Source of the DNA: Squalus acanthias
Taxonomy: Eukaryota
Assembly: GCA_030390025.1 (NCBI GenBank)
Contig: CM059432.1
Location: 49,044,001 to 49,108,000 of the forward strand
Direction of reading: 5' to 3'
DNA length: 64,000 nt
A program made the position numbers and the translations under genes. The notes under the pieces were generated by a model that did no database searches, was not told where the DNA came from, and saw nothing but the letters and a program-made list of their open reading frames with translations. Below, piece after piece: positions 38,467-51,236 of this stretch. Numbering within the stretch: the first letter of the stretch is position 1; each line of letters begins with the position of its first letter.

Positions 38467-38753
38467 TTAAGGTCTGGTTTATTTCCATCCTTCCTTCTGT
38501 GCTTCCCCAATGTCCACACAGTACTGACTTAAACACAAGATAAAAGATATGCGAAGATAGTACATGCTCATCCCATAATAACTGTAACATTTCCTAACAT
38601 CCTACAACCTCTGATGCAACACATATTGTTTATGGTTTATTCATTAACATAGAAACCATATCAAACAACCTCTGTATAACATGCTCTTTGCAATAAATGC
38701 ACCTTTATATGGCTGCTTACGTATTATATAGAATACCACACAAAACAACCTTA

Positions 38754-39038
<285 letters not shown>

Positions 39039-39687
39039 TTATCTTCGCCTAAGAGAGAAGAAAGATAATTCAAAATTTAAAAATGACGGTAGCTGCTCAG
39101 TAGTGATAATGTACTTTAAATTAAAGTCGCAAGGACTTATAGCCCTTATGGACCAAATACCTTTCCTCCATTTTAGGTCCTAAGGGCTCTTTCAACTTGC
39201 TGTTTAAGACTCTTCTCTGAATATTCATTAATTTCTATAGCAACTCCAACCTACTCATTTAGTTAGTAAATTAGTGCTATGTAAATTAGACAGTTGGGAT
39301 TAATCATAACTTTAAATGATGGATTGATGTATTTGGCATTTTGTCAACAAAGACCCAACATGTATCAGTTGAATCAAAAAAAATTGTGTTTAGCATTCAT
39401 CTAATATTTCCCCTAATTTCCGTTAATGTGCTGATTCTTTTCATCACACAAACATGCCACAAGTAATATGCTTGAAAGAACCATTAGGAATTAAAGGATG
39501 ATTGGATCTGAGTAAATTGAAAATGACAATTATTCTGGAAACATTCCAGAGCAGGAGGGTTTACTGTAAGGCTGCATCCCATTGGTCCAGAGATGAAGCG
39601 CTGCTTCAAGATTCCAATGGTATGTTTGATAATAATCCTGGTTGCAGTAGGAGCATTGTTATACCCGCATTCTGTTTATGTTCATGG

Positions 39688-41765
39688 TGCATAAGAATAT
39701 AAGAAGTAGGAGCTGGAGTAGGCAATTTGGCCCTTCAAGCCTACTCCGCCATTCAACAAGATCATGGCTGATCTTCTACCTCAACTCCACCTTCCCGCAC
39801 TATCCCCATCCCTGTCTTGAATATACTCAACGACTGAGCATCCACAGCTCTCTGGGGTAGAGAATTCCAAAGATTCACCACCCTCTGAGTGAAGAAATTT
39901 CTCCTCATTTCAGTCCTAAATGGCTGACCCCTTATTCTGTGACTGTGATGCCATGTTCTAGATTCCCCAGCCAGGGGAAACATTTTCCCAGCATTAACCC
40001 TGTCAAACCCCTTAAGAATTTTATATGTTTCAATGAGATCACCTCTCATTCTTCTAAACTCTAGAGAATATAAGCCTAGTCTACTCAATCTCTCCTCATA
40101 GAGAAATCCCCTCATCCCAGGAACCAGTCTAGCAAATCTTCGCTGCACTCCCTCTAAGGCAAGTATGTCTTTCCTTAGGTAAGGAGACCAGAACTGTAAA
40201 CAGTACTCCAGGTGTGGCCTCACCAATGCACTGTATAATTATAGTAAGACTTCTTTACTTTTATACTCTAATCCCTTTGTAACAAAAGCTAACATACCAT
40301 TTGCTTTCCTAATTGCTTGCTGTACCTGCATGTTAACTTTCTGTGATTCATGTCCAAGGACACTCAGGTCCCTCTGAGTGCAAACATTTCCCAGTCTCTC
40401 ACCATTCAAAAAATATTCTGCTTTTTTGTTTTTCCTACCAAAGTGGATAACTTCACACTTCCCCACATTGTATTCCATTTGCCACGTTCTTGCTCACTCA
40501 GTCAACCTGTCTATATCTCTCTGCAGCCTCTTTGCGTCCTCCTCACAGCTTACTTTCCCACCTAACTTTGTATCATCAACAAACTTGGATACGTTACATT
40601 CAGCCCCTTCATCTAAGTCATTAATATAGATTGTAAATAGCTGAGGCCTAAGCACAGATCCTTGCGGTACCCCACTAGTTACAGCCTGCCAACCTGAAAA
40701 AGTCCCATTTATTCCTACTCTCTGTTTTCTGTCTATTAACCAACCCTCAATCCATGCTAATATATTACCTCCAATACCTTGGGGGAAAAATTAGGTCACG
40801 CCCCCTTTGGGGCGCTAACTTCACCAGGGCGCTACTTTTAGCTACTGGAAGCGCCCCGCCTCCTCTTGGGGCGCTGCAAGTGAATTTCGCGGCGCGACAT
40901 GCCACATCGTGCCGCGGTACTGCAGGCCTTCCTCCCCTTATTAAACGGGAGGGATCTAGCGCAGCGCGTCCCGGGGCCCAGCTGGGCCACCAGGGATCGG
41001 AGTGCCGGCAAAAGAGCCCAGCACTGAAGAGAAGTGCCAGGCTCACAGAGCACAGCCAGCACCCCGTGGGGGGGGCTTCACAGGAGGCCGGGGGCAGGTG
41101 CTGGCAGGTGGCCAGCAACAAAAATGGTCGCCCGACACCTCCCCTTTACTTTGTATCACCCCGGCCGCAGGTAGGCCCCCTTGACCCTGTTGGACATAGC
41201 TGAATTTCGCGGGAGGTGTTAGTGGCGCCGTGCGCGGGCGCTAGTTGCTTTGCGCCCCGTTAGCGCCCCGCGGCGCTGAGCCTCCAGCGATAACGTCATC
41301 ACCGTGCGCAGCACCCCGCTCGCACACCATTAGCAAATCAACTGAATTTTGCCTTACATGAGTCCTAATTTTGTGTAATAACCTCTTGTGTGCTTTTTGA
41401 AATTCGAAATACACCACATCCACTGGTTCCCCCTTATCCATCCTACTAGTTACATCTTCAAAAAACTCTAACAGATTTGTCAAACACGATTTCCCTTTCC
41501 TAAAACCATGTTCACTCTGCCTAATCATATTATGATTTTCTAAGTGCCCTGTCACCACGTCCCTAATAATAGATTCTAGTATTTTGCCTACTACTGATGT
41601 CAGGCTAACTGGCCTATAGTTCCCCGTTTTCTCTCTTCCTCCTTTCTTAAATATAGCGGTTTTGTTTGCTAACTTCCAATCCTTGGGGACTGTTTTAGAA
41701 TCTAGGGAATTCTGGAAGATTAATACCAGTGCATCCACTATCTCTGCAGCTACCTCTTTTAGGAT
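39688..41765 (-). mobile_element. CR1 LINE fragment, interrupted by a MITE
   Basis: ILKEVAAEIVDAL...NYRPVSLTSVVGK...GKSCLTNLLEFFE, MEYNVGKCEV and RPHLEYC, with a 3' tail at about 39690. Confidence 0.92.
40781..41352. mobile_element. GC-rich Harbinger-type MITE, copy 3 (inverted relative to copy 2)
   Basis: GGGGGAAAAATTAGG...GAATTTTGC with TSD CTT, inserted within the CR1. Confidence 0.78.
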
Positions 41766-41881
41766 GCATGGGTGTTGCAAGTGGCATATAGGGCAGCATT
41801 GGTCTCCCTGGAATAGTAGAACTAGAGGACACAGACTTGTACTTGAAGGGGGTTAAATTCAAAATTATTCTCCAGAAACAA

Positions 41882-42587
41882 GGACCCAATATTTACTCAG
41901 GGCCATGGAAAGAGGGTGGGGGTGGGGGTTGCGGATTTCCGGACAGGAAACCCGGTAGTAAGGGTTTCCTGGGCGTCCTGCTAAAATGAACAGCAGGACG
42001 CTTTCTAACTTTTTTCTGCAGGTTTCCACCCGACAGCCGCCTATTGGATGGGAAAGCCTGTGGCACAAGGCCGCAGCCAGGGAGCAGAGTGGAGAAAGGG
42101 AGGGAGATTGCGTGGGGGAGGGGGAGATTACGGTGGGTGAGATCATGGAGGTCGGGGGTAGATCGCGGAGTTCGGGTGGGGGAGGAGATCTGGGGTGGAG
42201 GTATGGCCGATTGCGAAACGGTTTGCTTGTTGGGCCTGGAATAAACATTCCTGCTCCTCCTGGTCCACAAGCAATGCTGTAAATGCACTTATCTTATGGA
42301 TCTAGCCCTTCTCACCTTTTACCTGCCGGGTTTCCCGAGCCCTGGGACCCGGCCAACATTAGTTAAAAATAAAAATCATGTAAAAATCAAGGCACACAGC
42401 CTCCTTAAAAGATTTCAATGACCGATCCACCTCCTGAGAGCTAATTGGTTCCCCACCCCCGACCTGTCTCTGTTAAAACCGGAAGTGGATGGGTTGGTGG
42501 CGGCTTGGGGTCGGATTTGAAATTTTTACAATTTTTACTTCCCACCTGTCCGAAATCCACCCATTCTTGGGAATTAAAATTACCCTA
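41882..42587. mobile_element. Harbinger-type MITE inserted in an old CR1 3' end
   Basis: GGACCCAATATTTAC...AAAATTACCCT, related to 11386-12196. CR1-like sequence resumes on both sides. Confidence 0.62.
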
Positions 42588-43008
42588 ATATTTCAGTGAG
42601 CAAGTGGTTAATCTAGGGAACAAGCTCCCTATGGAGACAGTGGCAGCCTTAGTATTGATTCATTAAAATACAAATTAGATAGATTTCTTTCAGAAATTAA
42701 CATTTTGCATAATTTGAGACATGACTTTGGACCTTTGGTTCCCAAATCTCTCCACCACTGGTGGTTTTCCTTGCGTCGTGTCTGGGTCTGTTGTAGACTA
42801 ATTGATAGAGTTTGATTGCTATGATTAGTCAACAACTCCACTATTGTTGTATCGTGCAACTACCAGGATGGTAGAAGGTGAATTAGATGGATCTTGGTCT
42901 TTTTTTATCTATAGAGGTCATGATGTGGAGATGCCGGCGTTGGACTGGGGTGGACAAAAATGAGAAGTCGCACAACACCAGGTTATAGTCCAACAGATTT
43001 ATTTAATT

Positions 43009-43046
43009 TTACAAGCTTTCGGAGCTGTCGCTCCTTCGTCAGGTAA
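43009..43046 (-). ncRNA. Hammerhead ribozyme motif (left arm)
   Basis: Exact reverse complement of 43229-43266. Confidence 0.72.
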
Positions 43047-43228
43047 GTTAGCAATGAGAGAATCTCCCAGAATTCACAATTTAAACCCAGACAAAATCTA
43101 TTCACATTATTCGCTACAACAAAGAGCACAGCCATTGTCTTGGCTGTGCTCTTTGTTGTAGCGAATAATGTGAATAGATTTTGTCTGGGTTTAAATTGTG
43201 AATTCTGGGAGATTCTCTCATTGCTAAC

Positions 43229-43266
43229 TTACCTGACGAAGGAGCGACAGCTCCGAAAGCTTGTAA
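43229..43266 (+). ncRNA. Hammerhead ribozyme motif (right arm)
   Basis: TTAC-CTGACGA-A-GGAGC(GACA)GCTCC-GAAA-GCTT-GTAA. Confidence 0.72.
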
Positions 43267-43659
43267 AATTAAATAAATCTGTTGGACTATAACCTGGTGT
43301 TGTGCGACTTCTCATTTTTTTATCTAGCAATTCCTATATTCTTAAGTCCCTTTATTCACCTACAAGTAAAGGCCATACAGATGATTGTGTTAAAAAGGCA
43401 TTGTGAAAGCTCTTGGACAAGCAGGCATTGCATTGAGCCACATCATTTTGTGCTGCTAGTCATATTTCATGTCCACATTGAGAGAATAAAATCCCTTTCA
43501 GGTTATATAGGGCAGAACAATACGTGTAGGAGCCTGCATGACAACATGACAATGACCCTCTAAACTCTGGGACAGCCAGCAGTTCTGTAGAATTGTGTTG
43601 CCCTCTCACACAGTGGCTGTTGACCTCCTTGATATATCTGCGAGAAGCAAACTGAATTT

Positions 43660-43870
43660 AACTAGTGCTGGCCTGGAAGGAGCCTGACTTCGATGGCCAC
43701 TGGCTGTGCCATACAGATGGTACAAGTTCTGCGGAGGACTCCCTGAAGAAGATTGCACAAATCAGTCACTGTCTCCTTAGAACCTTCTCTGATGTCATGA
43801 ATCAGGTAGCAATTTCTGTTACAGTAGATTGCTGTAGAGTGGAGCAGCAGAATTTGACAGTACATGATGT
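43660..43870 (-). pseudogene. Highly decayed Harbinger transposase fragment
   Basis: KETVTDLCNLLQ...AQPVAIEV resembles [10 protein letters not shown]...LPVAVKV of 28128-28895. Confidence 0.5.
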
Positions 43871-45762
43871 GTGGTACTTGACATTACAAGCAGCTCTTTC
43901 CTGCTCTTTCTCCTCTGCCAAGTCGAGTTCCTGTGGAGCATTGGATGTAGTTCCCATTATGGCTAAAAATCTAGAATTTTAATTCTACTTTTAAAGAAAA
44001 ACTCCACTTTTCTCCCTGCAGCCTCTCCAGTGGTGCCTGATCTATCTGTGCATGATGAGCATATCACACCAGTACTGTATTCCTATAGCAATATGGGACA
44101 AAAGCCACACTAAATGCCGAACCACATGAATAGTGTACAAGAACGCTCGCACTATTCTTCTTGCAGCAATGTTGTTAGTGTTGTGAAATGGCAGCAAGCA
44201 AATGCTGACATTGTGGGCCAGTGTTTCTCAATTACTAGTAACATAAAGATTTACCCTGACATTACAAAATATAGAAAAAGAAAATATGAAGGCAGAGGAT
44301 AAACTAAAAGCTATAGTTAAGATAAAATGACTGGGATAGAAAACTAAAAGGGAAGGGAGCAAGGTGAACAAGCAATAAACCTAGCACTCAGGCCAGAGAT
44401 CAAAGGTCATATATTTGGTTGACTCTATTTCAGCTTTCTGGTCATTTTACTAAGCACTGCAAGATCATTATGGCTGTTTTTCTATTTTGCCAGACCAGAA
44501 GACAGAGATGAATGGAGTTTAGAGAAGTTGCTACATCCATAAAACTCAACATAATGAACAGTAAAATTTGCTGTTTTTCAAATTGACAGAAGTCATAGAA
44601 TATATGTATACATATATTGAACAACCCAATTCTCAACACTGACAACTCTAGTAATGTCATAGTGATTCGAATCATTCACAATAGCCAGAGTCATTTATTT
44701 TTGCAACATGACACCTGAGTATGCACGGTTATTAAAATACTGAATCTAGCTCTGTGACTTTCCCTGGAATTCATTTCAATGAAAATATTCATTCAAAGCT
44801 CCACTTCCAGCTGCCTCATCCCCAAATGGTTCCCAGAAGCTTTCAGAGTGTAGTAGGTGCACTGATCAATCTGTATTTTAATAACTTAGCAACAAGCCTT
44901 AAAGTTTCATGACAGACTGCTTTCATCTATCCTTCCTAAGGCATTTCAGCTTACATATACTCCATAAAAGTAATCTTTTCTTTAGTATCTGCAATAATTT
45001 TTAATTTTTTTTGGTCAACCGAGTGTCCGTCACAAACAGAATCCTATCACCATGTTTACGAATCGTCAAACCAAGATTTACAGAATTCCAGAGATTTAAG
45101 CCCCAACATTAACCACCCCCTGCCCCCCGCCCCAACGAGAACAGGTTATACAAGTGGTTAAACTCGAGGCAGCGTGCTGCTCACCTTCTTCGCACCACAC
45201 TCCGCACCATTTTAACAGGTGCGTTTCGGGCAGCATGTGAGGCCCTCAACACAGGCAGGCGAGGGCCTTAGAAATATGCAAAAGCTGGGGTCTTATAACA
45301 TAACTCCAATGTGAATTTTACCCGTAGTTGTGCTTTCGACACCCAGTCCCGGCCTTGCCAGGGAAACCTGGCACCAAGAAGGTGCAGACCCAGAAGAGGG
45401 CCCAGAAGGTTAGAATTTTTTAAATATTTGTTAGGTTTCCATGTGGGTCAGGAGGAGCAGGAGTGCCAGGGTTTAGCGACCCCACATGTGTGCAAGGATA
45501 CTGCTGGGGTTTAATCAGCTGAAACTAGCACAGAGCCCTGATAAGTTTCCTGTTGCTTGTCCAGCCAGGACAACCCAACTCAATAGAGTGTTCATTTGAG
45601 ATGACCTAGCACCATCTCCAATTATCGCAGGACTGATTTCAAAACTTTAATTAAGGAAAGATTTCCTGTCCCCAAAAAATACGTATTGTGAATAAAGCAG
45701 ATAGAGTGTATGCCTTCTTTGGTAGGCAGCATTATGAGCCTTTTAGGTTTTTCAGAAGCACT

Positions 45763-46187
45763 ATGGCAGCATAGTGGTTATGTTACTGGACTAGGCCAGA
45801 GAACTTTAAATTCAAATCTCATGATGGCAGTTGGAGAATTTGAATTCTGTTTAAAAAAAACATACAGAAATAAAAAGTTGGTACCAGTAAAAGTGACCAT
45901 GAAACTGTCAGATTGTCGTAAAAACACAGCAGGTTTACTCATGTCCTTTAGGGAAGGAAACCTGCCAGCCTTACCCGGTCTGGCCTGTATGTGACTCCAG
46001 TCCCACACCAATGTTGTTGACTCAACTGCCCTCTGAAGTGGCCTAGCAAGCCACTCAGTTGTATCAAACCGCTACCAGCAGTTGAAGGAGAAGGTCCACA
46101 ACCACCTTCTGAGGGCAACTAGGGATGAGCAGAAAAATGCCGGCCTTGCCAATGATGCCCACATTCTGAGAATGAATTAAAAAAAAA
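45763..46187 (+). mobile_element. tRNA-derived SINE with LINE-derived tail
   Basis: Head TGGCAGCATAGTGGTTATGTTACTGGACTA...TTCAAATC. Tail GAGGGCAACTAGGGATG...GCCCACATTC...GAATTAAAAAAA is shared with the LINE at 46540. Confidence 0.75.
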
Positions 46188-46534
46188 TTCAGCTTGCCTG
46201 ATAACACCCCTTAAATGTAATCATCATATAAAATGATACTGGTGATGATGTGTGCACTTTGAAGACAATATCGAAATTCTACATACAAAAGATATTTTGT
46301 GGATATTTAGAGTGTATTCAATAATAGACATAAGTAAGTATTAAATATAATTATAAATACTAAAAAAAAGTACTAACCTGGACTGAATATATATGTAGGT
46401 ATAATGTAACTATAGTGTACACTTGACCCCTGCATGGTGACAGTATAGACCTATCATTTTATTACAAATTGGATAAATACAGTGAAAAGCTGTGATATAC
46501 AATATTTCTTACCATAGTTGGGGAAATAATTTTT

Positions 46535-47190
46535 TTTTAAAAATTCGTTTATGGTATCAGGGTGTCGCTGGCAATGCCAGCATTTATTGCCCATCCCTAG
46601 TTGCCCTTGAGAAGGTGGTGGTGAGCCGCCTTCTTGAACTGCTGCAGTCCGTGTGGTGATGGTACTCCCACAGTGCTGTTAGGTAGGGAGTTCCAGGATT
46701 TTGACCCAGCGACGATGAAGGATCGGCGATATACTTCTAAGTCAGGATGGTGTGTGACTTGGAGGGGAACTTGGAGGTGGCGGTGTTCCCATGCGCCTGC
46801 TGCCCTTGTCCTTCTAGGTGGAAGAGGTCGCGCGTTTGGGAGGTGCTGCCGAAGAAGCCTTGGCGAGTTGCTGCAGTGCATCTTGTAGATGGTACACACT
46901 GCAGCCACGGTACGTCGGTGGTGGAGGGTGTGACTGTTTAAGGTGGTGGATGGGGTGCCAATCAAGCGGGCTGCTTTGTCTTGGATGGTGTTGAGCTTCT
47001 TGAGTGTTGTTGGAGCTGCACTCATCCAGGCAAGTGGAGAGTATTCCATCACACTCCTTACTTGTGCCTTGTAGATGGTGAAAGGCTTTGGGGAGTCAGG
47101 AGGTGAGACACTCGCCGCAGAATACCCAGCCTCTGACCTGCTCTTGTTGCCACAGTATTCATGTGACTGGTCCAGTTAAGTTTCTGGTTA
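46535..47190 (-). mobile_element. LINE 3' fragment (CR1/L2-group RT C-terminus)
   Basis: MEYSPLAWMSAAPTTLKKLNTIQDKAARLIG...SWNSLP. Same family as 59655-61905. Confidence 0.85.
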
Positions 47191-47989
47191 ATAGGAATAA
47201 TAGTAAATCAAGCATAAATTGGTCTGTTTAATTGAAGAGGCCTCAGATGAAAGTACAAATATATTTTAGAAGGTAGCAACTCGATGATGTAGCACAATAT
47301 AGTAGTGTCGGAACATAAGCCGAGAAATTGCTGTTGGAGTGCGACTCAGATGTTAACTGTGGGTTACTAAGAGTAAAGAAGCCTGCTGGTTTACTCACAA
47401 TTTTGTTGCTTTCAGTGTGTGGGCAAACTCTCATACACAGTGAAAAGAAAGGAGCACTAATTGTTGTAATCAGATGTGAACTGCAATTAGGAAACAATTA
47501 AGCACCTGTAATAATACGGAGAGGCAAAGCCAAATGCTTATTCAGCAGAACTGGACATTACAGAGTGAGTAATGAAAGTGCTACAGGCCAGGCATTGTAA
47601 GATCCACTACAAGGACTCATGGAGAAGAGGCACACAATTTATGTGACAGAAGGCAACCTGCCTTCCCCCAGTAGCGCCTGGTGCATGGGAGGAGTGGGTT
47701 GAAAGCAGGCAGCACCAGTCAGCCACCACAGTCCTGGACATGCCCAAGTTGCGTGCAGCACCCTCATAATGCAGAGTCCAAGGAGGTTAAGGTCCATCAA
47801 GATCTCAATGGGATGTCGGTGAAACCTTGCAGCTGCCAAAGCAATTAGTCCTTCTGCAAGGGAATCACTTGGAAGAAATGCTAAGTTAGGTACCGTACAT
47901 CTGAAATAAAACTAAAACGTCAATGGTCAGTGCCTAGGTAACTCAAGCTGCCAACATTCACACACTGTATAACAGAGAATAGATGCCCT

Positions 47990-48895
47990 GCACTTTATTT
48001 GAATGCTGTGCTGAGATTTTTTTGTCATTAATTACAATATAGAAACTCAGTGCAAAATGGTCAATTTGCAGATGATACGAAACTACGTTAGACAATTGAA
48101 TTAGAGGAAGCAGTTCAGAAATTACAGGAAGAGTTGGACAAAATATATATGTAGGCAGAAGAACACTGGCAAGTCCAGACAAGTGCAATGTACTGCACAC
48201 AGGCAGCAATGGACAGCACACAATGGTGTTTAACAATCTGAGGAAGAAACTGAAAGAGACTGAGGAATCTTGGTAGATTTGGCTTCAAAATTCGATGGCA
48301 CTACACCCGTTTTTTGGGTGCTAAACAGGCACCTATACCTCCAATATGCCGGGCAGCAAAGGCATGCTCATTACAAGCTGGGTGCACCAACCAGCTTATT
48401 GGTGTAGGCAAAAATATAGGTGTCCAGGGCATGCATATAAAAATAAAGAGCCTAACACCTGTTTGAGGCCCCTTCTGTATTATTGGATTGCCCTAAGGCA
48501 CCCAGCACCAGTTACATTCAGGAAAACCAGGACTACATGTGGCCTAACAAGCGGTTCTTAAGGAGCCACTGCAGGTCGCCACCAATAAAGGTAAGATTTT
48601 AAAAATACTTAATTTACAATTATTACCAAGAGAGAGGAGAGAAGTTAGGGGAAATTTCTTTATTCAAAGGATTGTTAGAACTTAGAAAGCTTTGCCATAG
48701 GGAATGATTGAGGCAGAGACAATTGCATCTGTTAAGGAATATTTGAATACGTATTTGAAGATGCGGAAGATATAAGACTCTGGGGAGAGGACAAGGCTGC
48801 GGGAGAAGTTTTGGATTGCTCTAGCAACGAGATGCCACGGACACGATGGGCCTAGTAGTCTTGTACCGCATCATAAACTTCGATGATTCTATGGC
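47990..48895 (+). mobile_element. Old CR1 fragment interrupted by a MITE remnant (about 48280-48610)
   Basis: TTTGCAGATGATACGAAACT (FADDTK) and a CR1-like 3' UTR ending GATGATTCTATG. Confidence 0.6.
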
Positions 48896-49255
48896 TTCTG
48901 CTGGGCTTAAGGAGAGTGCACTGGCTGGAATTTCCAGAGCAGTCTGTGAACATCTCCAACAAACCTCTAAATCTGTATGCAGAAATGGGGGGTGGGGTCC
49001 AAATAACAATGCCCCCCCCCATCAGAATTTGGGCTTCTGATTACACAGGGCAGAAACTCGGTTCTGCTCCAAATTCATGGCACCTTGTAGGCAATCCATC
49101 CGACTTTCTCCCTCTTGTTCCCCCCAGGAAATTTGGCCCTCTGGGCTTTTCAGCCTTGAAAGGAGACATCTAAAAGGAGATCTTATAGAGGTATATAAGA
49201 TAGTTAATGGAATGAAAAAGGCAAGTCCAGAATATTACTTTAAATTAAATTCCAA

Positions 49256-49949
49256 GGGGGAAAAATTGGGTCGCACTCGCCTTGGGGCGCTAACTTCACT
49301 GGGGCGCTACTTTTAGCGCCTCGAAAAGTCAGCGCCCCCGCGCCAGAATTTGAATGGTAGCGTCACAAGCAGGAGGCGGGGTGCTACTGGAAGCACTCCC
49401 CCTCCATCTAGGGGTGCTACCATTCAATATCGCGGCACTACATGCAGCAGCACCACATGCGTCGGCACGTAACGCCGCAGTACTACAGACCTCCCTGATT
49501 AAAGGGGAGGGGCCTAGCGCAGCGCGCACCAGGGCCCTGCTGGACCACTGGGGAGCGGGGTGCCGGCAAAAGAGTCCGGCGATTGCGGCCGGCACCCCGC
49601 AGGAGAAGGCAAAAGGGGGCACGTGCTGGCAGGCGGCCCAAAAAAAAAGGCCGCCCGGCACCTGCCCTTTAATTTGCACCGCGTGGCCGCAAACACGGCA
49701 CCCTAACCCTGTCGGACTTAGTGTCCGGCGGTAGGTCAAGGGGCGCGAGCGAAGTTTGTGGCCGGGGCGTGAGCGGGGCACTGCGCGCGGCGATGACGTC
49801 ATCGCTGGAGGCGCAGCGCCATGGGGCACTACCGGCTACCGCCGCTGCTAACCTCCCGCTGAATTTCTGGGTGCTAGGTGCTTTGCGCCCCTCGTTAGCG
49901 TCCCCTCGGGGTGCTAACGGGAGGCGCAAAGCAACCCAATTTTTCCCCC
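49256..49949. mobile_element. GC-rich Harbinger-type MITE, copy 4
   Basis: TIRs GGGGGAAAAATTGGGT / ACCCAATTTTTCCCCC with TSD CAA. Confidence 0.85.
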
Positions 49950-51236
49950 CAAGAGTAGGATAAGGTCTTCTGGGCCCTCTTGCAATATTTTACAGAAAAT
50001 ATAATGCATATTAATTGTTGGAGACCATCTCCCCAAATGCTTAGAGGCAAAACTATCAAGAAAATAATGCAGTCCAGTGAAAGAATTACATTTTTGATTT
50101 GGAGTGCCATTCCTTACTACATAGTGACCAGGAAGAGTTTGGAGGAAGCAGACTTTTAGTAAATGTGTAGTACTCTTGGGATTCAAAAGACTCAGGCCCT
50201 CAGGAGATCAGTAGCAGCTCCACGGAATGTCAGAGCCTCAGTAATAGTGCCAGTATTAGTCAGTGCAGTAATAAAGTCAGATAGTGTGAATGTAAGTTAG
50301 CTGTAGAGAAAAAATATTCTCTCACCAGAGATCTACAGTCACAACTTATTATTCTGGAGTAGCAGTTTAATTATACAACCCACAGAAAATATATTGCCCT
50401 AATCTGTGTTTCAAGACCAAGGAATGGACCATGCTGGTTTGGCAATGTCAACTACAGATCCAAGGGTATGCAAAAACCATGCCCAGTGTAGTTCATAATG
50501 TACTTAACATATGTATTTATATTTTCAATTTGCAGTCATAAGCTCCATTTTTTTTTTTACAGAGAAACATATTAATGTACCAGTTCGCAAAACAACCTTA
50601 TCATGGCATGACAAACACTAAATCATTTCCTATTCATTTGTATTTTGTTTATGTTATAAAAAGGCTCATTTGGTGTCAAAATGATTCTAAGGTTATTGCA
50701 CCATAGCTAGCCAACATAACACTGAATTTCAAATACGAATCTGCCCAAGTGTTGACTGCTCACCACTAGCTCTAAGAATGTATTACCACGTGAATCAATC
50801 CCTTGATCAATGTTCCCTTTAAATTTCTTTTGTGCACAGTACCTTTAAATTGGCTGTGCGGCCATGCATGTGCAGTATTTTAGAAGGAACAGCTTGTGAG
50901 TGGCCTTCCCGATTGCTGTGTGCCATGCACGCCTGCAGTTTAGAGGGAACACTGCCCTTGACCACTTCTTATTTGTTCAGTAATATTCATCAAACTGTGG
51001 GTTCTACAACTTGCTACTGGCTATTGCCTTCATTAATAGTACATCCACTTTTATCATTTCTTTTCTAATTTCATCCTTATTGGGTTTACCATTAGATGGT
51101 GTTATATCATTTCACTGACTGCAGTCTTGTATGTATCTCATATTTTTTACTTTACCTATTATCATTACTACTTTGATTCTTGTTTGGTTCGACTGGAATT
51201 GACTTAAATTTCCAAATGCCTTCTTAAGCTATGCCA

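Larger units (their letters stand above)
42912..43319. mobile_element. ORF-less Penelope family A fold-back element
   Basis: Perfect inverted arms 42956-43134 and 43141-43319, 6-nt loop, 44-nt tail on the left, and TSD of about TTTTTTATCTA. Confidence 0.9.

Noticed and set aside
1..38750. Next RALYL exon (expected DINMAGEPK...)
   Set aside because: Not found by eye on the minus strand; it probably lies beyond the window start, although a manual scan could miss a short exon.
45763..45840. tRNA gene
   Set aside because: It is a SINE head with box A/B remnants and no complete cloverleaf. The same applies to about 13090-13157 on the minus strand.
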